Shown here piece by piece: positions 1-12,206 of a DNA stretch of 64,000 nucleotides. The stretch is from Macrostomum lignano. Its lineage: Eukaryota. The notes below the pieces were generated by a model. It did not search any database. It was not told where the DNA came from and worked only from the letters and a program-made list of their open reading frames with translations. The DNA lies in the NCBI GenBank assembly GCA_002269645.1, contig NIVC01003714.1:1-64000 (forward strand), written 5' to 3'. Each line of letters begins with the position of its first letter. Positions within the stretch are counted from its first letter, which is position 1. Made by a program: the position numbers and the translations under genes.

Positions 1-741
1 AACAAATCCTCATTGCATTTGAAGTTGCAGAAGTTTGAAGTTGAATCTCATTGCACCTGTTTCATATACTTTGCATGGCTAGTCCAAGTACGTCCATATA
101 CTATAAAATGGTCTCGTAATGTGATCGTAATACCCTTTAAGTATTTTATCGTGATGAAATAACGTCATTTGAAATTAATGGACAGACTTTAATTCAATAA
201 AAAAATAACTGGACAAACATGGATTATTCTAAGAAATTCCTTTTTCTAATGTAAATTTCTGGAATAGTTTCGTACAGCAGTTGAAGAAATTTATAATTAA
301 GATAAAAATAAAAATAGGTTACCAACTTGGGCCAAATAACTTTTAGAACGAATCCGTTAGAAGAATCACGACATACGAGACTGCAAATGTTAATATTAGT
401 AGTATCATAATGGCAAGATTGTAAGATACAAAAACATAATTGAAGTCAGAAAAATCAATGACGCTATTGAAACAGACGCTGGGATAATTTGGCTAAAAAT
501 CTCATGTAGAAGAGTGTCATTTCAGTGGAGATTTGTCTGGAATATAAGCTTAGTTACTATTTGAAACAGTTCATTTTATACATGTAAAACCATTGATGCA
601 ACACTCGCAACGCTCGTCATAGATAAAGTTCGCAAGCACTCGTACCAAAGTTTGTAAGCACTCGTACCAAAGTTTGCAAGCACTCGTACTAAAGTTCATG
701 TGGACTTAAACCAAAAATTCGCACGTACTCGAAAAAAGTGA

Positions 742-3700
742 TCACGACACAACTTTAAAGCTTGTCCGCACCCTGCAGTCGGCGCAACTCTCGTCGAAAT
801 AGTCGCCAACCAGCAGCCCATAGTTGCCGGGCAGCTGGCGCATGAGGCCGGCGCTGCCGTCCCACAGCTGCATGTCCCTGGCCAGGACGCTGAGGCTCAC
901 TGTCGATGCCGAGGAGCCGCTTTGCAGCCGGAATTTGCGAAAGCTGGCCAACCAGATGGTTGGATTTCTTCCCACGCCAGTCGGCGGGGTCAGGTACGCT
1001 TTGAGCACAATCGGGCACTCGGAGATGCCGCTAGTCGAAGCGTTGGCGGCTACCCGCAGGCTGAGGTGGAGGTCTTGGCCAGCCGAGATGCTCGCGGAGC
1101 CGTCAGGTGGTCAGCGAGAAGCGGCAGTAGGACAGGCCCTGTGGGGCATCGGTTTGAGCCAAGTTGAGCACAGATGATGCAGTCCCGCTAGGACCCACCA
1201 AACGCAAGGGACATATTCGTTGAATTCCTACTGAGTTTCATCCCAATTTGAGTTTCTAATCGATTATTACCGGCGGAACTACGAGTTTCATCGCTTTCTA
1301 CGAGTACTCGTAGGAGACAGCCCGTTCCACTGACTAGGATCAGGCAGTGCAGAGCGCACACTGCGTCTTGTTGGTCCCCACGAGCGAGGATCGCGCAGTA
1401 CCCAGGGATCGCGCGCAGGAACTCTGGAGCTCTGGTTTTAATCAAGCTCTGATTTACTGAGATACAAAAGCGCTCTTAGCATTGGCAGCACTGTTTGGTT
1501 GAAGAACTTGGTAATTGAGTGTGTTATGCTAAGACTGGCATCTTCTCAGACTGTTTTCTTAAGACTTCTCAAGACAAAAATCACCCATATTATCGGTGTT
1601 TCCTGTCGAATTCTACAAGAAGTTATCATTGTAGTTGGTTTGATCTTGGGACTTGACTTTGGATCCGCTTCCGGAGATTAAAGTTGCGGCCCAAAGTTTC
1701 GAACAAAGCTTCGGCTTTCTGCTCGCAACAGATCCCAAACAACAGGGATCCCAGTCGGAGCTCACCTGGCCAAAGCGGAACAGAGAGCGGAGGCGAGCCG
1801 GACCAGGGCTCGGAGAAGCGGTAGGTCTGGTTGCGCGCAGCCAGATCGTAGTCGGTGATGCTGGGCAGCTGGGCGCGCTCCGACGGCCAGGTGAACGGCA
1901 GGGCGGCCGATGGCGAGTAGCGCCCGGTCAGCAAGTTGATGAGCGCCTGCCAGTTCAAGAGTGAATCAGTTGGTATTTGAAGCAACCTCCCCTACTGCAA
2001 GTAGGAGTGAGAGCGTTAGGTAATCAGAAATGGTAGAAGACAATCAAACGACCCGCAGCGACAAAAACGTATTCATTTTAGATATCAGGTTAAAGGCTTA
2101 ACGTTTTTTTTCAAAAACTTCTTCTTGAAATCATTTTCAACTTTTGGCTCTTAGAGGCTAAAATGGAAAATAGACACGGCACTAATAACATTATTAAATA
2201 CCACCATATGCACTGCACACCGTCAACCCCACACAATCAAAACCCCCACATTCCAAACCTGCACCCACGCACCGGTCCGAAGGTCTGCGCGGGATAGCCG
2301 CACCAGACCACCGCTCGTACGCTGTCATTGCCAATCGCCTCGTCCAGGCCGACGGGAGCTCCGGACACCACGGCCAGCACAACCGGCCTGCCGCTGGCGG
2401 TCAGCAACCGCAGCAGGGCAAGCTGCCCGTCCGGCAGGGTGAGCTGCCGCCGGTCCAGCGCCTCGGTCTCGATGTCAACGCTGGTGCCAACAACGGCTAA
2501 CAGAACGTCGCTCTGCGCGATCAGCGAAGACACCGCGGCCGGATCCTGTCGAGTGCAATAGACTCCGCCGTCTGTGCAGTAGGTCGCGTGACTGAAGGGC
2601 GAGATCAGGGCGGCTGCGCTGGGTGGCTGCGATCAGAAATGCCTCTCCATTGAACTCTCTCTGCTCTCTTTTATCCGATCTCTAATCTCTTTCATCCACT
2701 CTCTTCTCTACGCCGCTCCCTCCATTCGCTCCGTTCTCTTCACTCTGTTTCACTTTGTCCAACTTTTCCGCTCTTCACACTCTTGTCTTACGCTTTCTTC
2801 TCTCCTCTCTTCCCTGCTCTCGGCTTCAAACTCTACCATCTGCTATATTAGACATCTGCCAACTCATTTTACTACCCTTCCGTCTCCACTCCCAAGCGAT
2901 CACACCTGACTTTATCAGCACCGAATCACTCCTTGAGCGCCGGCAGCAGCGGCTGCTCAAACTGCGGCATCCGATTCGGCGAGTAGTCGCCGTAGACCAG
3001 CGACATGTCGTCGGACAGCGGGCCGACCACGCCCAGGCGGAGGCCGGGCCGCTTTATCAGGCCGTCGGGCAGAAAGCCGCCGAGGTTCTTCAGCAGCACC
3101 AGCGAGGTCTGGGCGGCCGTCAAGCTGAGCGCCCGGTGAGCGGCGGACTGGATGAACTGGTCGGGCCGAAGGCTGGAGTAGGGGTTCAGGGCCGGCGGGT
3201 CGAACTCACCCAGCCGCAGGCGGGCAAGGAACAGCGGCCAGGCGGCGGCCCGCAGCTCCGCCTCGGATATCCGGCTGGTGTTCAGTGCTACTGAGAGCTG
3301 CTCAAAGACCACGCAGGACTCGTAGGGGCAGGCGGACAGGTCAAGGTTGACGCCTGCTCTCAGGGACCCGATGGCAGAGCTCTGCGGGCGGGAAAAATTG
3401 GTTGGGAGGGTTGGGAGAAAAACGAAGAGGAGAGAGACCCGATAAAACGGCACCTAGGCCAAGAAGCGTCGCGTCAAAATAGTTTTAGAGTCGTTGCAGG
3501 TAACACAGGTAAAATACGAAGAAAGCGACTCTAGACGAGTCCTAAAAGACAATATGTTACGGTACAAGTTGCCAAAAAGTCAATTCGATGTGTTTTATTG
3601 TCTGCAACTCTAGGGAGAGACGCAAGTGACTCTGGGGCCGCAGAGTCGTATCTGAGGCGTGCTGGAGTTGCTGTAGAGAATCGCTAGAGTCACAGGTGAG

Positions 3701-5781
3701 TTGTTTGCAATGACGTTTTCTTTGGGAGACAGAGAAGGAAGAGAGGGGAGATGAGGAACCAGGGGGAGAAGAGAATGGATGACAAGGGAGATAGTGAAGT
3801 TATCCGGACGATGAATATTAGGAACTCAAGGTCTTCCAATGAGCGAGGCAGCAGTAAAAGTCACCCCAGCGCACCAGGCGGTCCGCAAAGTATTTGTGGA
3901 AGAGGATGGCGAACTCCAGCGCTCCGGCGTCGCTCACAACGTAGCCGGTGAAGTTCCAGCGCTCCCGAAGGACTCCGCGCAGCAGCTGAGCGTTGGCGCA
4001 GGCGGGCACCCCGTTGATGGCGTTGTAGCTGCACATCACGCTGACACTGCCGGCCTCAACGCAGCGCCGGAACTGCGGCAGGAAAGTCTGCTCCAGATCC
4101 TGTTGGCTGACCAGCGCGTTGAAGCCAAAGCGCGACTCCGGATAGCTGTCGGGGCCGTCGTAGGCGGCGAAGTGCTTGCAGCCGGCGCCTGTGAGCAGGT
4201 AGCGGTCAGTGGCGTTGCCCTGCGGGCAGGTGAGCAGAGGACTCGAACTATAAGGTCACTTGTGAGATGAGCTTTTCAAAAAAGTAGTCACAAAGGTTAA
4301 AAGCTTGCACAAGTCCTTTAACTGTCAGGGTTATTGAGACACAGAATTCACGGTCATTGGATCAGAGATTTCAGGGTAATTGGGTCACCGAATTCAGGGT
4401 CATTGGGTCACAGAATTCAGGGTCATTGGATGAGGGAATCCCGGGTCAATGGATCACAATGTTGCCAGAGCCAACCTGCAGTCCTCCAACGTAGGCGGCC
4501 CCCAGCACACCGCTCAGGTGAGGATCTTCCCCGTAGGTCTCCTGGTTGCGGCCCCACAGTGGGTGCCGCAGGATATTAATCACCGGAGCGAAGCACGTGA
4601 GCCCCGTGTGATCACCGTAGTCGCCCTTGGCGACGAAGTCGTTGTGCTTGGCGCGAACCTCCAGGCCGGTGGCGCGGCCAACCTGGCCGAGAATGTCCGG
4701 ATCGAAGGTGGCGGCCAAGCCGACCGCCTGGGGGAAGGAGGTGGCCTGGCCGGACTTGACGGCGCCGCGCAGGCACTCAGTGTTCCACTGGTACGGCCCG
4801 ATGCCAAGGCGGGCGATGGCGGGCGCCGGGCCACCGAACGGGCCGCCGCCGCCCTTGGCCAGCTGCTGCACAAGCTCCTGCGGGCGGTGGGGGCTTGCCG
4901 GTTTGTTTTCAAGGTTTTTTTGCGAACATTGTGGGGGCGTTCATGCAACTTTTGGGTCATTGATGCCAAAATGTGATTGATGGGCATTAGCACAAGTTAC
5001 CGGCCGATATTTTGGTTGGGTTGCATCCATATATTTTAGAGGTTTTTTATGCGGACATCTACCTGACGCTTTATGTGAACGATTTCAACGTCTTTATCCA
5101 GCCATTTTCGGGGATGTTTATGCGGATTTTTGTGAACGATTTAAGGGTGTTTATGTGACTCTTTTTTATATCCTATGAAACTATTTTCAAGAGTAATTGT
5201 GCAGAATATTTCTAGGGTGATTACAGATTGGCCGGATGTTTTTATATAATAATATTAATGACTACACCTGCCCCAATGCGCAGATGTGCAACCGACAGCT
5301 CAGCCGCAGCTATTGTGCTGCGCATCTGAAGGCTGCGTACGGCTGTTCAGTCCCAAGGACTGGAGGGTCGCCACACACACCCTCAATTACCCCAGTTAAT
5401 GCTGGCACTCATTTTACAGCAGGTTTGACTGAAGCAATGCAGAGTTAAGTGTCTTGCTCAAGGACACAAATCGTTCAGAGTGGGTCGAGAATCGAACCCC
5501 CGACCTTTCAGTCGCTTCAACTCCCTCCGAATGCTTGAACTAAAAACTGTGGATGTTGAATTCAAGAACGCAATGTTTTTACGATGCAAAAACAGGCGAA
5601 AACTGGGGCAGGCTCTCCTGGCTCGGCATTGCCCGCCTTCCCCCCTCACCTGAGCAGTCAGGCGGCCCACCAGATCGTCGGCCCGGTCCGGCCACGGGAG
5701 GCTGACATTGCGAAACGGGAAGTCTTCATCAGCCTGGCAGGCCGCCGCCAAGCTCAGTAGCAGGAGCAGCAATCGAAGCAT
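742..5781 (-). CDS. Secreted glycoside hydrolase family 3 (beta-xylosidase/alpha-L-arabinofuranosidase-like), 7 exons, about 750 aa if two apparent 1-nt frameshifts are repaired
   Basis: Exons 5781-5650, 4877-4476, 4219-3875, 3381-2930, 2618-2273, 1946-1766, 1138-742, all GT-AG. Signal peptide MLRLLLLLLSLAAACQA. GH3 motifs: YQWNTECLRG, TSFPQAVGLAATFD, HPLWGRNQETYGEDP, GCKHFAAY, VMCSYNAINGVPACAN, GYVVSD (nucleophile Asp codon 3931-3929), SLVLLKN, WCGYPAQ, TYRF, FRFGQGLSY, and an Fn3-like C-terminus. Exons 6 and 7 are each 1 nt out of frame. Confidence 0.9.
5245..5545 (-). mobile_element. tRNA-derived SINE with a CORE-like central domain, in GH3 intron 1
   Basis: The minus strand shows a B-box GGTTCGATTCTC, then TTGTGTCCTTGAGCAAGACACTTAACTCTGCATTGCTTCAG...CTGTAAAATGAG (resembles the CORE-SINE consensus), and ends in an ATT-rich tail. 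Confidence 0.65.
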
Positions 5782-6376
5782 CTCTCTCTGTCTGCTTGAC
5801 GTTGGCTCAGCGTTTATTTTACCTGGAAAACAAAATTGAAACTAAATTAGCGCAGGTGGTCTCATAGGCAGATCGTTTATCTTTTTTACACGTAGCGCGA
5901 TCGCTCGTACAGATGATACTGCAGTGCAAAGGGCGGCAAGGCGATCGACTGCACACTGTGGGGTAGAGCTGTGCTGCGCATTGCCCAGGGGCAGTGTTGA
6001 CTCGAAAGCCTGAGAGAGATACGATATTCGCTATAGCTGGGGCATGGACAGCTAACGCTGCGCTGGCAAATCGTGACAATTTTTGCTGGAGGCTGCAGGT
6101 TTTCGCTGCAAAATGCATTGGCGAGTAGGGAATTTTTGTTTTTACAAGTATAGCACTAAATTCTAAATACTGCAAAGAACTGACGAGTGAGTAGTAAAAA
6201 ATAATTATTTGGACAGCAAACTTCCTCTTCGGTTTTGGAGATTATCACCATTTTTATAGTCTATGACCGAGACGGTGACAAGGTTAATCGTGGCGTGCTC
6301 AGCCCAACCCATGGCAGTGACTTGAGGCTGCCTGAGCTGCCGCAATAATTTGCCTTCGCAAGCCGCGTTGGCCAGC
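5782..6376. promoter_or_regulatory. Candidate bidirectional promoter between divergent GH3 and J-domain gene 1
   Basis: 595 bp separate the two divergent start codons (5781 minus, 6377 plus). Positional inference only. Confidence 0.35.
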
Positions 6377-7446
6377 ATGAAGCTGGACTACTACGACATC
6401 TTGGGGCTGTCGAGAGCCGCAAAGGCCAACGAAATCACCGAGGCTTACAAACAGCTCGCTGAGCAGTGAGTAATTTGCTAGCGTTAAATAATCAGACTTA
6501 AACGCCAAATCGAAATATTGAGGCCTGAAGCAAGTCCAGAGGCTTGGGCAGGTATTAGACATGTATTCTTACTCGTACCTCTTGAGACTAGGACAGGTGT
6601 TAGAAACATACCCACTCATACCTCAATCAGCATGATTCAGCAAAGCTTCTGTGCCCGCAAACCGGTCTCCAGGTGGCACCCGGCCAACAATCCGGGCTAC
6701 GAAGCCCGGGCAGAGAAGCGCTTTCGCAGGATTAGCGAGGCCTATCAAATCCTCTCGGACCACAAGCGCAGGTATCACTACAAAAAGGCGCTGAAGAAGG
6801 CGGCCAAGCCCTTTGTGAAAAAGCCCGGTTCCTCCATGCAGTTACTCAACGAGGAATGCGCCGGCCCAGTACAAGTTGAGAAGGCCAGAAGCGAAAGTAG
6901 CAGCAGCCTGAGCAGCGTACTGTCTGAGAGCGGGTCGAAAGCGGCAGAGGAGCCGGTGGTCCTGGGTCACAAGTACGCGCACGCGCAGCCCAAGGGACTG
7001 CCGGACGAGACGGCCCTGGGCAAAAACCTCATGATTCAGCAGGTGGGGGAAACACCGTCACGTGCTTCCCCGAGACGCTGCTGTCGCTACGCAACCCGTA
7101 CCGCGTCTACAACGAGGTGGTTGGCGGCGCGAAGCCCAACAAGAGTCCGTGGACCTACTGCGAGCAGCTGGTGGAGTGGCACATTGCCTCCATGGCCAAG
7201 CTCACCGACGTCCTTGACGTATTCGGCAACAAGACGGTGATCACCACGATTGACTACACCGATGGCATGAAGAACATCAAGGTGAAGCGGAACGGCAAGC
7301 TGGTGCAGAACTTCAGCGTCAGCGTGAAGCCGGAGGACTGGCAGGAGGAGGAGCGGGAGACGAAGCGCGGGGCCGGGCACATCATCATCATTGATGAGGC
7401 GCCTGACCCGCCGCCAGGCATGCGGCGGCTGCCCAGAGACCCGTGA
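6377..7446 (+). CDS. J-domain gene 1, DNAJB6-like, HPD changed to HPA; apparent 1-nt deletion in a G-run at 7045-7049
   Basis: Exon 1 6377-6465 (MKLDYYDILGLSRAAKANEITEAYKQLAE). Exon 2 starts at 6673 (WHPANNPG...RFRRISEAYQILSDHKRRYHY). The C-terminal frame (FPETLLSLRNPYRVYNEV...DVFGNKTVITT...VKRNGKLV) ends at 7446. About 287 aa if repaired. Confidence 0.8.
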
Positions 7447-8168
7447 CGACCGAATCTCACGGCCTATACACTTCTAATCATAATTTTCTGTTATTATTTA
7501 AATGGAAGATATTACGATATTTGGATTTTGCTTTCTTGAGGCATCATTTTAAGACCGGGCATTTTATACCTTTTGGTTTTTCTGAGCTTTACTCTTTCCG
7601 AGACTGCCAGGTGTACACGGAATATCGCCGTAAAAGGGACTCAATAATATCAAGGGCACAGCTCCAAAGACAGCTCGAAATCTACGAGAATAGAAGTTGA
7701 AAGTGCATCAAATGAGATAGGAGAGTTATGATCTTTCAGTTTTATTCAATAAATTGACCACTCCACACCTGGACTTTTCGGATAAACATTTGAACCCATT
7801 ACGCTCATATAATCTGCATCAGCTAATTAAACAAATACTATAACTACATTTTATGAGTATATTGGAAGTTCAGGTGAGAAAATCATTTTCTGCGATTCTG
7901 TATTCAAGGTACTTAAAGGCCAATGGTTAGCAGAATCGGCTTTCCATTCCAGGTTTTTAATTCTAGAAGCCCGTGGATCAAGACGATTATTTTCTGTCTT
8001 GGCGAGGAAGTGAAGATGTTTGACAAATAAGACCACAGACTATTCGAGTTCGGTCACGGGTGAAGTAGCTAAGGCCATCTTTAAGTAGAGCTGATGAAGT
8101 ACTTAACAGCTCAAGACGGGTGGCCCTTGCAGCGAACTTGAGATTTGTTTCGGAAAAAGCAGGTCACA

Positions 8169-10703
8169 ATGAAGTTGGACTACTATCAAGTTCTGGAGCT
8201 GCAGCAAACTTCCGACCCGAAGATAATCAAAGATGCTTACCTGCGATTGGCCACTAAGTGAGTCGCAAGGACAAATAATTGAAATTGGAGCGTTCTTGAT
8301 CGAGATTGATAACTGACCAGAATGTCTGATGAAGATTGAGTTGAGCTGATCAGAATGTCTGATGAAGAGTGCGTTGAGCTGATCAGAATGTCCGGTGAAG
8401 AGTGCGTTGAGCTGACCAGAATGCCGGTGAAGAATGCGTTAAGCTGACCAGAATGTCTGATGAAGATTGAGTTGAGCTGATCAGAATGTCTGATGAAGAG
8501 TGAGTTGAGCTGACTAGAATGTCCGGTGATGAGTGCGTTGAGCTGACCAGAATGTCTGATGAAGAGTGAGTTGAGCTGACCAGAATGTCTGATGAAGAGT
8601 GAGTTGAGCTGACCAGAATGTCCGGTGAAGAGTGCGTTGAGCTGACCAGAATGTCCGGTGAAGAATGCGTTAAGCTGACCAGAATGTCTGATGAAGAGTG
8701 AGTTGAGCTGACCAGAATGTCTGATGAAGAGTGAGTTGAGCTGATCAGAATGTCTGATGAAGAGTGAGTTGAGCTGACCAGAATGTCTGATGAAGATTGA
8801 GTTGAGCTGACCAGAATGTCTGATGAAGAGTGCGTTGAGCTGACCAGAATGTCTGATGAAGAGTGCGTTGAGCTGACCAGAATGTCTGATGAAGAGTGCG
8901 TTGAGCTGACCAGAATGTCTGATGAAGAGTGCGTTGAGCTGACCAGAATGTCTGATGAAGAGTGCGTTGAGCTGACCAGAATGTCTGATGAAGAGTGAGT
9001 TGAGCTGACCAGAATGTCCGGTGAAGAGTGAGTTGAGCTGACCAGAATGTCCGGTGAAGAGTGCGTTGAGCTGACCAGAATGTCTGATGAAGAGTGAGTT
9101 GAGCTGACCAGAATGTCCGGTGAAGAGTGAGTTGAGCTGACCAGAATGTCTGATGAAGAGTGAGTTGAGCTGACCAGAATGTCCGGTGAAGAGTGCGTTG
9201 AGCTGACCAGAATGTCCGGTGAAGAGTGCGTTGAGCTGACCAGAATGCCTTATTACTCGTAGTTTGCAGTGGCTTTGGTACTGCAAAAATTGTGACAACA
9301 GTCTATCCACAGCCGGCGAGGATCCAAGCAGTCATGCCTGTTCCACTGATGCACTCTCGCAAACGAATACGAGGCTTATGCATGCAGGCACACGTTCACA
9401 CAGGTTGTATAGCGACTCCGGTTCTCATTGTCAGGCATGTATGCCTCAGGGGCTAGGGCTAACCGCAGAGCTATTCTGCTCTCCTCCAAAAACTGCAATG
9501 CTAGGAGTCAAATTTCACGAGTGTTTTGTAGCGACCAGATAGTCCAATTAGGGGTCTGTGACTGTGACTCACTGACTAACCAAACTAACAAATTGTGATT
9601 AATAACAAACAAACAGTCAGTTATGGAAATTTAAATATTTCATTCATGCGAAATCGCGAATACAAGTTGCAGATTCGGTGTTATTATGCTACTGTCAATA
9701 GTGTTTAACTAATGTACGCGTATTCAAGCGTCGCTTTTATTCCTCAATGCGTAAATTCTTCTATTCTATCTCGATCTCAAGCAGCACCTGTAAACCAGAA
9801 ATCAATTTGCGTTTCAACCCTGATTATCAGCTTCCCATTGCCTCACTCCGACCAAATCACTCCCTTGCCAATCTGGCACCAAGGTGGCACCCGGAGAACA
9901 ACCCGGACAACAAGGCGGAGGCTGAGCGGCACTTCTTCCGCATCAGCGAGGCCTTCCAGATTCTGTACTGCAACGAAAAACGCAAACGCTACCTGCAGTG
10001 CCTTTTGAAGTCTAACGCACAGGACCTCGAAAAGAACGACGTTAAATCCAAGGAGTCGCGAGTCAAGCAGGAATCCACCATGGAACTGGACCAGTTAACC
10101 GAGGAATTCGAGACGGCACTCAGGAAGAACTTCCTCAGCGAGAAGTCGGAGAGCGGAGAGGCGCTCTCTTTCCCGTCCAACCTAATCTCTCTGCGGGATC
10201 CGTACAAAGTGCACGTCGAGGCCGTCTGCAACTCGCCGTCTGACCTCAGCGACCGGGCCTTCTGCGAGCAGCTGGTGCAGCGGCACATCGCCAAGGGCAC
10301 CCGTCACACCAAGAATGTGGACCCGTTCGGCAACAAGATTGAAATTACCACCGTGCAGTCAACTGGCGGTGAGATGACCCTTAATGTAACCCGCAACGGC
10401 AAGGAGGTGGACATGAGAATCAAGGGGCTGACCACCAAGTTGACCAACGTCTCCAAGGCAATGACAGTCTCGGTTGGTCCCATATCGCAGCGCGGTGGTG
10501 GTCCCAGCTCACAGCATGGTGGTCCCAGCTCGCATCATGGTGGTCCCAGCTCGCACCACGGTGGTCCCAGCTCGCACCACGGTGGTCCCAGCTCGCACCA
10601 TGGTGGTCCCAGCTCGCACCACGGTGGTCCCAGCTCGCACCGCGGTGGTTCGCACAAAACAACATCCGTGTTGACAACAAAAAGTACCAAGACTAACAAG
10701 TGA
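8169..10703 (+). CDS. J-domain gene 2, DNAJB6-like, HPD changed to HPE, with a GGPSSHH repeat tail (302 aa)
   Basis: Exon 1 8169-8257 (MKLDYYQVLELQQTSDPKIIKDAYLRLAT; 89 nt, same as gene 1). Exon 2 9884-10703 (WHPENNPDNKAEAERHFFRISEAFQIL). Phase-2 intron at the same site as in the paralogs. Confidence 0.88.
8315..9248. repeat. 33-bp minisatellite (GATGAAGAGTGCGTTGAGCTGACCAGAATGTCT), about 28 copies, in the J-gene 2 intron
   Basis: Directly visible tandem units; source of ORFs 8237..9310 and 8816..8998. Confidence 0.95.
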
Positions 10704-11155
10704 ATGGTGGAGGACAGCCAAAAGTTATAAAGGATTTGGAACTGGAAGATAAGAGAGCAAAGTCTGCTTACGACGAGTGCTTTTGATCGGTGCACTCTCA
10801 TTTTCTAACTCTCACTCGACCTGCAAACCAAATTTCCGGACACCGAACCTCTGTTATTAAAAGCGTTTTAAAAAGAATAATTCATTTCAATTCACTGAGC
10901 TTCAGTAGCATTGAAGATTTTTTTTGTTTATAAGGTCAACCCAAGACATTTTAGTTCAAAAAAATATACAGATCTTGATTTTGCACTAAACCAACAATCC
11001 TTTTCAACACTCGCTACGACACCTTACGACATGTGCTAATTAAAGTATTTTAGCTCGCGCAAGCGTAGTCTATGGCACAACCGTATTTGCGTGCATATTC
11101 TGGAAAGCACACAAGTGATGCTAATTAGAATAGTAAGATTAGCAAAGACGAAACC

Positions 11156-11977
11156 ATGTCCAACCCCGAGGACTTTTACGCCATTCTGGAGGTGCCTCCA
11201 TCGGCCACGGCCCAGGAGATTAAGGAGGCGTACAAGCGACTGGCACTAAGGTGAGATTTTACTGTTCCGTACCTCATACCAAAGAGAAGTAAAGATGACA
11301 TTGTGAATGCTAGATGTCAGTAAAGTGCGTCAGAATGACAAAAGGCGAAGTACCTGTAAGAATGTCAGCAGGGTGTACGAAAGGCTCGTAATTAAGACTC
11401 GAGAAATGTATCAATTAAGTGCCAGCAAAGCACCAGAAAAAGATGAGTTCAGCAAGATGCGCTGAAAAGGCGGAAAACGGTCATTGCCAACCCCAACTCA
11501 CCCGCGCACTGCACTTCGCACCACTGCTCCAGGTGGCACCCGGACAAGAACCCGAACAACCGACCGGAGGCCGAGCTGCGATTCCGCAAGCTGTCCGAGG
11601 CCTACCAAGTGCTGTCGGACCCGAGCCGCCGGGCGGACTATGACCGCACTCGCCGCAGCTCCCACGGTCCGCGGCCGGGTGGCGGCAGCTTCAGGTGGAG
11701 CAGCACGACAGCCGAGCAGCTGCACCGGAACCTCTGGAGCGCCTTCCGCGACCCGTTCTTCGTCTATAACGAAGTGTTCAGCAGTGCCGGCGTCGGCAAC
11801 GATGGAATTGTCGGGCAGTTCAGCGCGGTCAGCGAGACGACCACGGAAGACGGGCAGGGCAACCGGACGGTCGTCAGAACGACAGTCGAGAACGGGGTAA
11901 AGGTGACGACGGTGTTCAAAAACGGCGAGCAGACGGAGCAGACCACCACGGCTCTGAACCAGCTGGCTCGGCGCTGA
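11156..11977 (+). CDS. J-domain gene 3, canonical HPD, DNAJB6/DNAJB2-like class B co-chaperone (179 aa)
   Basis: Exon 1 11156-11250 ([31 protein letters not shown]). Exon 2 11533-11977 ([37 protein letters not shown]...[13 protein letters not shown]...[22 protein letters not shown]). AATAAA at 12060-12065. Confidence 0.92.
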
Positions 11978-12206
11978 GCTGAAATCAAATCATCAAGTAT
12001 CAACTGACTACTGGAAGTAGCCTGAGCAGCGTTTCTGTTAACTTTTACCAATTTCATTTAATAAAAATAGCCTTCGTTTTGCATTCAAAACTGCCGATTT
12101 GAATGAGAAAACCAAAATGCACTCTATGGCAAGAATTCGATCCCGAGTCCGTATATAGATTTGAGACAAAATCTGGAAGCTGATCCGCACTCTGACAGCA
12201 AGATTC

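Noticed and set aside
742-5781. Recent horizontal transfer of the GH3 gene
   Set aside because: It has six ordinary introns and host-like composition, and invertebrate GH3 homologs are known; this cannot be supported without a phylogeny.
8237-9310. 357-aa ORF of HSGQLNALFIR repeats
   Set aside because: Translation of the 33-bp intronic satellite, antisense to J-gene 2; no non-repeat coding context.
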